A stretch of DNA of 64,000 bases, from the NCBI GenBank assembly GCA_016748015.1, contig JAAOMT010000011.1, forward strand, positions 110,735 to 174,734. Reading direction: 5' to 3'. Position numbers and translations under genes: made by a program. The stretch comes from Geosiphon pyriformis uo1 (taxonomy: Eukaryota > Fungi > Glomeromycota). Positions 1-11,215 of this stretch are shown here, piece after piece (within the stretch, counting starts at the first letter, position 1; every line of letters begins with the position of its first letter). The notes beneath the pieces are model-generated. The model worked only from the letters and a program-made list of their open reading frames with translations, searched no databases and was not told where the DNA came from.

Positions 1-1189
1 AGGAGCGGTATGATTTTCTAGCTTTGGCCAGTGCAGAGCGAATAAGATCAAAATTAAAACCTGAAAGAAACAGAGACTTAACCACTAATGCACCAGGGGA
101 GTCGAGTCTGTGCCATACCTCTAACAAAGAAGCAAAACCATTACTAGAAGCCAAACGTGAAGCCTTGACCAACTTAGAAATCAGCAGCTCTAGCTTGTGA
201 AACCTAGAAGAAGTCTTGGTGAACACATCATCAAAACCTTTGAACCATTTTTTCTTAAATGTACCACCTGCCGAAAGAACCATAATCTTGTGAACAATGT
301 TCCACATAGCATCCACATCTGAAAATTTTACTGCCACACCGAAAGCATCCGAGAACATAGAGACATTAGCAGCTGAGACATCTCTGAACTCCAACCACTT
401 AGCTTCATTGGCACTTTTGACATCAAACTTCCAACGATCTTTATTCACTTGCTTGCGAAGAGAATTCAAACGCGTATCCAAGAGTCCACCCAGACCCAAA
501 TCCACTGAAACAGCTTGATGGTCTGTGTCAAAATGCTCACTGACATTCAAAATCTCACGATGCACTATCGCATTGACAAGACTTGAGAAGACAAACACAT
601 AATCAATTGTTTTCTTAACACCTCTAGAATTTTCCCATGTGGGCATTTTTGCAGCCGGACTGCCAACTAAAGAATTGACCAGACCCTGATCAAAGCATCT
701 TTTGAAACTTGCATTTTTATGAGAGCTGTTTTCATTAAAATTGCCACCAAGAATGATGAAAGAAGATTCGTTGACAGTCTTTGCAATGAAAGAATTGATT
801 TCACCAGCTTGAGAAAACCAAACCACCAAAGAAGCACCAGCATAAAGCCCCAAAATTGACACAGAAAGTTTATTCTTAAAAAGTAATTTAATGGAAAGGA
901 GCTGACCAGGCACCTCAGAAACCTTGCACACATGACGAGCCAAAGAAATGTCCATGATAACAGCAACATCCGCACCCAAGTGACCAGAGTCCAAACCAGA
1001 AGTGAACACTCAGACACTGTCGAACTTGTCAGCAATCCACGAACAAACCCTACTCTTTAATTTTGTTTCAGTAACGATAGAGACTAAATTGTTCATTTCC
1101 TTATGCCACCTAATAATGTCTTCTTGCTTAGCAGGATTGTTCATGCCCCTGACATTGCACGTAGCAACTTTCCAGACTAAACTGCTCAT
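1..1189 (-). CDS. LINE ORF2 N-terminus, apurinic-type endonuclease (partial, open at window edge)
   Basis: Manual translation from ATG 1189: MSSLVWKVATCNVRGMNN...TETKL...LGGNFN...PTW...IDYVF...TDH (APE motifs). Confidence 0.93.
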
Positions 1190-3796
1190 TGAGTAAGAGG
1201 TAGAGATACCGAAAGCGCACCTAAACTGTCCACTTTGGCTGAAAGGCCCAGAACTGTTTCCATTGTTACCAGTAGAATTTTAGCTATTAATTAGCATGAA
1301 ATTTCCTTTATAATTCCTATCATTAATTAGCATATATTATTATCGTTTCGAATTTTACTTATTATTTAATCAAATTAGCAATTATCATCATTTAATCAAT
1401 AACCCGATTTGGACCATAGAAATTGAGATGATCAATTTACACAATACCCTGAACCATATAACATAGCCAAAATTCGCCGAAATTAATGAAAATTGGCCGA
1501 AATAATTCATAGTTCAGCGAAATNNNNNNNNNNNNNNNNNNNNAAATCACTTTTTACATATCTCAAATAAAAATTAAATATTCGAAAACCAAATCCTTTG
1601 ATTATTACACTTGAAATTCTCTCAACACAACTAACATTTTGAAATTGATTAGCTACCAATTTCAGTAATCTGTTAGTGACTCCAGGCCTGGATAGAAAAC
1701 GTTTCCTTGACAAAATTCTATTTCTTTACGTTTCTTTTATTTTTCTCTTTCTTTTCTTATCATAATCATTTGGGTAGCCTACAGACGAGATTCCTGTAGA
1801 AGAGTTGACTTTCACAGCAAAGTAACTACACATTTTTTAGTGAGCTTCCAGACAAGCAATTCCTGGGAAAGAGTTGACGTTTACTACAACGTAACTACAT
1901 AAAGTAACTGGCACGGAATTGGCCATTCCACTTATAAGCCCAGCGGTTCAAATTATAGGAGATAATTTGAAGATAAATTCAGTTACTGGAGGTTCAACCA
2001 CATCCAGAAAACGTGAATTCACAGCAAACAAGCATCAACAACATTTAAGAAAAGAGACCAAAAACCTCCGGTAACACCATTAGACACTTTATGCTGTCTT
2101 CCAGCTTAGACACTGAAGACATATCAAAAGACACCGCTCCCACGACATTCTCACCACTAGTGGACACACTCAAACCCTCACTTATCACTACATCTGCCTC
2201 TTGATCCTGTGATGAAGGGGTCACCAATGGCTGACATCCAGGGCTAGGCTGGGAAACCATTGGCCCGAGTGTATCCAACCTCTTAGCCAGCTTACCAACT
2301 TGCTCCGCGAGGCTGGCAAGACTGCGCTCAAGAGCGGCGAACCTATCGTTGACTTCCATCGTAACCGGTTGGGACAGCTTCATTTCTGAAGAGGAGCCAT
2401 TTGTTACCACAACATTCTGACTAGAGAGAGGGAGCGAAAAAGACCTGCGAGCAACCTTTGCCCAAGAGAGACCACCAAAAGAGACTGGATAGGCAACTGG
2501 AGCCGAGCGTTTGACATAGATGGTTGCCAGTCTGCTTTTATCCATATCCGAGAAAACCCTACACAGTGAACTACTAGAAGACAATTTTCCACCAACTGCA
2601 CAACCCAATGACGTGTGACCCAATTTCTCATACTTGGCGCATTTTGCAGAAATGAGGCAAGACCAGTGGAGATTGGTGTTCCTGAGTACTGGCGTGGTCC
2701 CCACAGCAGCATCCAATAATTCAGCAGAGTCGAAACAAACAACAGCACACCTGGCCTGAGCATACATAACAGAATAACGATCAATGATGCACGTTTTCCC
2801 ACCCACAGATCTAACAAAGTCCCAGATATCATGAGCATTGGTTCCCATCAGTAACGTATAGAGCAGCGCCCTATGTTGGTCCCTAATATCCCACACTTTC
2901 TTGTCTGAATCAGCCCTAGCCACACGCACAGCATTTTTCCTGATTAAGATGGACCACTTAGCTGCAGCCAAATCAGCCTGATCCGATCGTTCAAATTTCA
3001 CCACCGCCTTCTGCCACAGCCCGATTAACTGTATCTTGATTGTCCTAATAACTTCAAACTTGGATAGCGCAGCACGCACAGCCTCAGACGATGTTCCAAC
3101 TGGAATTTCTTTCATGACCACAGCCCGATCTGATTGCCCAGATGCTTTTTTGAGATCGGCGTTTACTAAAATCTTCGCATTCACAGCTTTATCAGTAGCT
3201 TTCACTAGACTCGATTCGGAAGTGAACGTCACCCTGATGATCCCTGAGAATTTTGAGGGGGTAGATGCCCCCCCAAAACCATTGATTCCAGAAAACAACT
3301 TCCTCACCACCACAAGTTTTTCCTGAGAAGATTTGCCAGCCACTTTATCCAAGCCAATATCCAATGCAAATGATTTCCTGACTGAAACATTGACCAAATT
3401 TTTCACAGAAGAAGGGAGCTCAAGAGAAGCATCCAAGAGAACACCATCATCACTACCATTTTTTGAGAAGTCAATTTTCCCCAATGGCTTGCCCAACGCC
3501 TTTTTGGTTTTAACCTTTGAACTTGTGGGCGTCTGATCATAATCTCCACCAGCCAGAGCTCCACCTTCACCATAATCAAAGCTGGTTTTCTCCACCAGAC
3601 ACTCCTCTTCCATATCAACACTTTCAGACTCAGTAGTGTCTCCAGTCTCCAAACCCCATGAACAAACACCAGGAACTTCAGCAACAACCCTTCCGTTATC
3701 AACACCCTCTGCCAACACACCTCCCTTCCTCTTTTTCCTTGATGCAACTGCTTTAAAACCACTCTCAGAACCAGAAACTTTAGCAGTCTTTTTTAT
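1186..3796 (-). pseudogene. LINE ORF1 (RRM-like domains, Zn knuckle, coiled coil), split near its C-terminus by the LTR insertion
   Basis: ORF 2045-3718 rejoins METVLGLSAKVDSL...TQ* (1186-1263) when the LTR and one CCAT are removed; degenerate knuckle CAKYEKLGHTSLGC; start codon is ATA where copy 4 has ATG. Confidence 0.9.
1264..2076 (+). mobile_element. Gypsy family A LTR (apparently solo; contains assembly gap 1524-1543)
   Basis: TGTTACC...GGTAACA termini, CCAT TSD (1260-63/2077-80), homologous to 46542-47498. Confidence 0.93.
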
Positions 3797-3938
3797 AACA
3801 GCAATAACAGAGCCAACAGTGGCCTTGTAATCAAAAAACAGTTTTGATTTATCGTACTGAATGGTAAAAAAACTTCTTTCAAAAAAACTTTTGACTCTTT
3901 TTTGGGAATTTTGGACGAAGGAGAAAAAGAAGTTTTTC

Positions 3939-6690
3939 TAATAAAATTTCAATGAAAAAAATTTTTCTATTATTAAAACAGCTAAACAAAATATTTTGAC
4001 ACTGTTTTTTTTAAATATTAATAATAAAAAACTGTTTTTAGCAGTTTTTAAAGCATTTTTTATCTTTAACTGATGATTTTTTTTAATCAAAATTTTTTCT
4101 AAAAAACATACTCAAATTAATTTTATTTTTATTTTTATTTTTTTTAAGAGTTTTAAAGTATTTAAAAACAGATCAATTAACAAACTAGTATTTTTTACTA
4201 TTATTATTAATATTATTATTATCTTTTTGCAAATAGCCAAAAAGATCAAAGAATTAAAAAAATAATTATTATTATTTATATTTGCTATTTTTATACTGAA
4301 TTATTTTGTGGTTTTAAATAAGATCTTAAATAAAAATTTTTAGCAGCAATCAGTTTTTTTTTAATATGAACAACAATAATAATAACACATTTTTTATAAT
4401 AAATTAAGATTAACTATTGGCTGTATTATTAAATATGGTTTTTTAGCAGATTATTATTGGTTTTAAATATAAAACAACTTATTAAATTTTCTAATCTTAA
4501 GAATTGAATTGATCAAATAAAAATTGAATTAATTTTTGTTCTTTTGTTTTTTGGTATTGTCTTTAGTAATATTTCGAAAACAATTTTTAGTTATTAAAAA
4601 TTTTTTGGGTAAATGGCTTCTACTTTAATATTTGATGTTATTTTCAAACTCAAATTAATCTTAATAAATACTTTATTTTATTTTTTGTCTGGTTTTATTG
4701 AACTTAAGTTAATTTTTAAAAACAATATTATGTTGTTTTATGTAAATTTTGCTTTTAAGATTTCTTTGGTTATTATTATTAAAATTTTTATTGATAGTTT
4801 TTTTTTGACTATACTTAAGATTGTAAAATCTTCTATAATAACTTTTGGTTCTCTTTTTTCTATTTTTATCACACTTTATAATGTTTTTATTAGTATATTT
4901 TTTAATAACATAAAAAATACTTTTGGTATTTTTGGTGTTATTATTTTGTTAAATTAAAGTCTACTGGTTTGTGACAATATATTATTGTCAATTTTAAGAG
5001 ATTTTTTTAAGACCAAATTAATCGATTTTTCTTGGTTGTACTAACTTTAAAATTAATAATATGATTTCTTAAGTTAGTGGCTATACTTGATTTATTCTTT
5101 GTTTTTTGGATTTTTATTATTATTAATGCTTTGTTATTATTACTTTTAAATTTAAAAAAATACTTAAGCTTGCTATAATAAAAACTAATATTCTGTATAA
5201 ATATTATATTTGATAGAAAACTCTTAAATATTACTATTACTATAAGTATTAAAGTCTGAATTACTTGTTTGCTAACTGTATAATATTGTTACAAATTAGA
5301 GTAACAAGCTAATAGATAATAAAGAAGAACAAAATTATAGAATAATAGAAATAATTAAAAAAAATTCAACTTTAAGAAACAAATTAAATAAGTATAGATT
5401 CAATATATGAAATTAGTTTTATAAAATATTTTAGTTGTTAATCTTTTTAAAAGATAATTAAAGAATCTGAAAGTAGAAAAATAATTCATATTGTTAATAA
5501 ATAATAACATACTAATATAATTCTATGCTTTATATTGACACTTTTAAAATTTAATATTAGATATTAAATATATTCTTTAATTATGTTTTATTTAATAATT
5601 TTTAAATGTTACAATTAAACAGATCAAAAAAAAGTAAGTAAATACCAACAAGTAATTTTTATTCTAAAATATTCAAATACTTGAAAGTAAAGAATGGAAA
5701 AAAAAAACAAGTAATAAGAAAAAAATTGAATTAATAGATATTGTTTTATTTTTTTGATTTTTTATATATATTTTTTTATCTAAAAGACTCATTGTTTATA
5801 TAGTTATTGAAAATAGTTAATAACCAGATTATTAATTAGATTAATAATTAGATTAATAATTAGATTAATAATTAAGTTAACAGTCAAATTAATGATCCAG
5901 TTATTGATCAGATTAATAATTACTATTTAAAAATAAGATGGCAAATTATATAACATTAGTGGCTAATATATATAATAACTAATAAAAATTATGAGTTTCA
6001 ACTATAATAATATTATTTTTATATTTGTAATTGGCTTTAAGTTTTTTATGTTATTTTTTGTTGATAAAAAAACTTTTGTTAAGACTTTTGTTTTTTTGGC
6101 TCTTCTTTTTGCTGTTTTTTCAGTTTTATTTTTTGTTGATTTTTTAATTAAGTTTAAATTAAATTTTTTGAAATTTGAAATTTTTAGTTTGATTATTTTA
6201 ATAAGATTTATTGTTGAGTTTATTAATTATTTTGGTTATTTGTTTTTTAAATAAGCATATTAACAAAATTTTTTGAATGAAAAAAAATTTGTTTGCTGTA
6301 AGTTTTATTGTTAATAAGTTTTTTAAGTTTCTAATTGGTATTTTCAAAGACTTTGTATATTTTAAAACTAAAGTTAATTTTAATAAGATAAACTATAATA
6401 AAATACCAGTTGTAAAGTTTTTTTTGTTAAGTAAAAATACTATTAAGTATATTATTGCTTTATAATACATATTAAATAATAAGATTAGTAATAGTATTAA
6501 AACAACTAAGTTGTTTTTTAATATTTTTAATTTTAATTTTAGAAATTTGAATAGTATTATTAAAAAAATTGTGAATTAGATTTATTTTTAGCTCTTTTTG
6601 TTTTAATATAATATTGTCTTAACTGGTTTGAGTAATTGATTACATATAAAAAGTGCATAATTTATATTTAGTTAAGATTATTTAGTTTAA
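3939..6690 (+). mobile_element. Heavily mutated ORF1-only (HAL1-like) LINE derivative; its 3' UTR continues at ~9590-9650
   Basis: Colinear with the reverse complement of 22985-26200; LINE-type 3' UTR at 6610-6690 directly after the ORF1 remnant. Confidence 0.7.
5287..6009 (-). mobile_element. Degenerate solo LTR (family E) with internal ~12-bp tandem repeats
   Basis: TGTTACA...TATAATA termini, ATAT TSD; reverse-complement homology to 47671-48150 and 56640-57141; GATTAATAATTA repeats at ~5827-5920. Confidence 0.65.
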
Positions 6691-6698
6691 TATATATA

Positions 6699-9590
6699 TT
6701 TTTTTTTATTATGTTTTATGAGTGAGGTCCAAACACTACCTAAAGCTATATACCAAAGAAATGATATAAACTAAGTGTAAATCATGCTTTTCCTACACGT
6801 AACCAGCCACTCAGACCAATCAGGACAACACTACACAGTTATATGTACCAAAACAGAATCACCAACACCAGAAAAGAAAGAACAATGTTTACGAAAGCCA
6901 AAACAAATACCAAGTAGCCTAACAATGCCAGCCGAAAACCTAGAAGCCGAGCCAGGGACCGAGATAGAAACTGAACCATCAAGTGGGATGAGATTATTTT
7001 TTTTCATAAAAGCACAATGCTTAATCCTAACCAACCAAATATCATTCCTAAAAGCAAAACTAAGGGAATGCACAAACTCAACAATTTTCGAACTAGCAGC
7101 CTTGTGACATTTGAAAACAGAGATAGCTTCACGAAGCCACTCAATAAAAACAAACCCTTTAGAGAGAGCCGTAAACACAGAAACATCAGAGACACTAGAA
7201 GACAGCAATCGCAGCACACAGGAAGAAGAGAAAGACAGGCCAGAAAGCACCATCCAAGATTTTGAACATGTATCCAGTATCTGAAGATGTGCAAAGACAT
7301 CAGCCTTGTAAAAGAAAACATTATCTGATGTCTCCACCTCACCACAATATAAGCACAATACACTGGAGTATTTTCTGTCATACAAGTGTTTATGAACAGC
7401 AGCAGGCAGCCAATGGTGCAATGCCTTCATGAAAAAACTGTGCACATCTGCTGTGGGCTTGCTAGTGTGGCCAGTGGCCATGTGTGAATCAGGATGCCAT
7501 ACCAGTAAAGAGCAGGACCAATCTACGTCTGCGAACAAACTGGCAGGCAGAAATTTAGAACCAGAACCAATCTCCCAGTGCGCATGACTAACAGAATGAA
7601 AAATATCGTAAACAAAATGCCTGGAATTGCCAGAAACAGCCCCACCGTCTGCCAACAAGAAGCGCACATGCGATTGGAAAGGAAGGAACCAGCCCGAGTG
7701 AGAAGAAGCATCAGCTATAGCATCAGCACGTTTATTTCCAACCATACCAGAGTGGCCTTTTACTTTGTGCCATTCAACCAATAAGTTTCTGCCATGAATA
7801 ATGTTTATAATATGCAGGCGTTCGACCCAACAACAGTTGTGAAAATCCAGATGCACCAGACCCAATTCCGACTTGTAGGCATCCAGAGCAGCTTGACTGT
7901 CAAAAAACAAATGAACACAACTAGAATGGGGGACACACTCCAGTGCCAGTGCAATAGCCTGCATTTCCGCCAACGTAAAAGACAGCAGACCCAAAACTCC
8001 AATGCCCAAACCCAGATCAATGTCACTGAAAAAAACACCAGCCCCAGCCATGCAATTCTTGGTACCTAGGTTTGTCAGAAACCCATCCGTATAAACAGAA
8101 ATGCTACTAGGAAGTACTTGGGAAAGCTGATCATGAACCAACACAAAGCCAGGAGAGGTGAAAATACTCTGAAGACCCATACCAGCCAAAGCAGGAGAAG
8201 GGGCATGAGGAGAAGACGTATCAGACAGGAACTTGACAGAAAGCATGAACCACTCAAGAGTTGGGCCACGGGAGTTCAACCTCTTCTACTGCTTGAATTT
8301 GTACCAGTCAAACACGGCTCCATGATGATCACAAAGCTGGTCAACAAAGGCGATGCCATATCGTCGGAGTGAAGGAAGAAGCTTGACAAATTTAAACTCA
8401 CCGAGAACGGCAGACATGGGTACCTCACCACAAAGCCAAAATGGACTACCAAAAGACCCACTCAAAGATAAGTTGCAATCGAGGAGAACACAAATGGCAC
8501 CCGCTAAGAAGTTATTCAAAGGGCTGACTCGTACACAAACAGGAACACTCAAAGAATGAATAGGGCACCAGCTCGAAACCTGTAAGTCATGAGACCTGTG
8601 GAAAAACAGGCAACTCAGGATTCCCACTGAGTTTGTAAAACAAATAAGGAAAGCAACCTTACTTTCCGATTGAATCTGGATAAAAGATTTCAACCCATAG
8701 AATGAAGGATGATGGATTGTGTCACTAAGAAAATCAAGAGGCAATCCAGACTTGGATTTCAAGCCTCTACGAATCAAAGCATCCCACTTATTACACACAC
8801 TGACAGGAACAAAACTAAACTGAGTTCTATAACCGATGATGGGGTGGAGAACAGCTGACACTAAATAAAGAAATTGTTTGTCCAATATGGCCTTTCTTAG
8901 AACCAAGTTAATAAAAAAACAAATATCTGAATGGGCTTTTGCCAGGCTGGGCTTTGACAGTTCCTTAGAAGACACGAAGATACCCAGATAATGATGAGAT
9001 TTGCCTGGCTTAGCTATAGAAATAGGGGATTCACTGATGAAAAGAGAAGGTGCACTAGCACGGCTATTAATTGGAATGGCCACTGTCTTATCATTATTAA
9101 TTGAAATATCATTGATGCGAAAAAACTCACTAGCCATATCAAGAATGTGTTAAATGGCAGACTGACTGCTATCCATCCAGATCGTATTGTCCACAAAAGT
9201 GCCTGCAGTGAAGAAAGACGACAAACCAGCCTGAGACTCCACACGGCCTGTCTTAGCAACAAAATAAGAATTTAACCTGTAACCACACACACTCTCCTGC
9301 CTTTTAACTTCGCACAAGAGAGGATCATAAAATATATGCCAAAGAAGAGGCGAAAACACCTTCCCTTGGTCCAAGCCATCATGTACATGATACCTATCCG
9401 TCAATCCAAAATCAGTCATAATTCGGTTTGTACGACCACCATAAATATTACCAAAAAACCTAATAAACTGGCAGCACATTTTTATCCTAATCAAACTTTT
9501 CTTAAGATGATTCCAACCGACCGAGTCATACGCTTTCCGCATGTCTTGTAAAACCAGCCAGAGCTCCCGGTTTTTTTCAAGAGCGTCCTT
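6699..9590 (-). mobile_element. 5'-truncated LINE copy 2 (RT C-half, RNase H, Cys-rich C-terminus, 3' UTR, poly-A)
   Basis: DMRKAYDSV, GLDQGKVFSPLLW, FVDN (FVDD); RNase H VYTDG/AEMQAI/DSQ/KVKGHSG; CLYC; poly-T at ~6699-6707; possible TSD TTTAATATAT. Confidence 0.95.
6831..9590 (-). pseudogene. LINE ORF2 fragment, reverse transcriptase plus RNase H (in-frame stops)
   Basis: ORFs 9150-9542, 8286-9137 and 6831-8279 are in one frame, separated by single stops. Confidence 0.92.
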
Positions 9591-9879
9591 TAATATATTA
9601 TATTAAATTATAGTTAAGTCTTATTTATTAAATTATAAAAAAATAAAAGAATAAAACAGTTTATAATTGTAAAAAAAACAGTATTTTTGTTTTTAATTAA
9701 AATAAAATTTTGGTTTTTTTTAATGTTTTTTTTATTTTAATAAATAATAAATTTTTTGACTTAAATAATAACAGTAGTAATATATTTGCCAAAATTTAAC
9801 TTAATATAACAAATTTTAAAAACAAAAAAAATTGTGTCTTAATATAATTTTATTTAATTATATTATTATATTATTTATT

Positions 9880-11215
9880 ACGAAAATTAAATTAATAAAA
9901 TAAAACTAAAATATTTTTTTAAAAAAATTGTTAATTTTAATAATATTATTAATAATTAAAAATTTTTTGAATAAGTAATTTGCTTTAATACTTAATATTA
10001 TTATAAAAATTAAATTAACTTATATTAAAACTGTGTTTTAGTTTTTATATAGTCTTATTAATATAAAAATTAATTATAAAAAATAATATTAAATTAATTA
10101 AATTTTTATTTTTTATTACTTTTAAAATTGTAAAATTTTGTTTTATTTTTATTATTATTTTGCTATTATTTTTTTTACAATATTTTTTTAATTATTTTTA
10201 CTAATAATATTAAAAATTATTTTTAATAAAATTTTTAATATTAAATTAAAATATATTAATTTATAACAATATATTATTATACAAACAAAAAATAAAAAAG
10301 TTTTAACAAGAAAAATTTTTTCTGTTGTAAAAATAATTAAACAAATTAATTTTTTAAATATTAATAATAAAAAGCTGTTTTCAATAACTTTTAAAGCATT
10401 TTTTTATCTTTAGCTAATAATTTTTTTTCAGTCAAAGTTTTTTTTAAAAAATATATTAAAATTAATTTTAATATTATTTTTACTTTTTTTAAAAGTTTTA
10501 AAGTTTTTAATAATAATTTAATTAATAAATTAATTTTTTTTGTTCTTATTATTATTATTATTATTATTACTATTTTTTTGCAAATATCCAAAAAACCAAA
10601 AACTTCAAAAAATATCAACAATTACTTGTATTTATTATTATTATATTAAATTGTTTTGTGATTTTAAATAAAATTTTAGATAAAATTTCTGTAATAATAT
10701 TTAGTTTTTTCTTAATATAAATAATAATAATAACAGTATATTTTTTAAAATTTAAATATGTATTTAAATAATTAATTTATTGAGTTATTTGATTTTAAAA
10801 ATTGAACCAACTAAATAAAAACATAATTAACAATTTATTTATTTTTAGTATTGTTTCTAATAATGCTTAAAAAATAATAATTAATTAGCAAAAATCTTTT
10901 GAATAAGTAATTTTTATTTTAATGTTTAATATTACTTTTAAAATTAAATTAGTCTTAGTAAATTTTTTGTTTTATTTACTGTTTAATTTTGTTAAGTTTA
11001 AGTTAATTTCAAAAGACAATATTAAGTTATTTTATATAAATTTTGTTTCTAAAACTTTTTTAATTATTATTATTGTTAAAGTTTTTATTAATAGTTTTTT
11101 TGTTTTGATAATACTTAAGATTATTAAGTTTTTAATAATAATTTTTATTTTTTTTTATTTTGTAATATTTTTTTATATCTGTTAATAATATTAAAAATGT
11201 TTTTGGTGTTATTAT
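9880..11215 (+). mobile_element. Two partial, extremely AT-shifted relics of the ORF1-only element (~9880-10280 and ~10290-11215)
   Basis: Colinear with 3960-4980 and the reverse complement of 24150-26100. Confidence 0.65.

Larger units (their letters stand above)
1..3938 (-). mobile_element. LINE (non-LTR retrotransposon) copy 1: 5' UTR, ORF1 and start of ORF2; runs off the left window edge; interrupted by an LTR at 1264-2076
   Basis: 5' end GAAAAACTTCTTTTTC is shared with the copy at 48709; ORF1 and APE endonuclease are homologous to the copies at 48709 and 57328. Confidence 0.95.

Noticed and set aside
6760-6830. Hammerhead ribozyme in the LINE 3' UTR (CTGATTGG...GAAA)
   Set aside because: Core is not CUGANGA and no convincing flanking stems were found
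4613-11185. Phe/Ile/Leu/Lys-rich ORFs resembling membrane or mitochondrial proteins (4613, 5991, 10391, 10922)
   Set aside because: They are AT-shifted relics of retroelement ORF1, colinear with better-preserved copies
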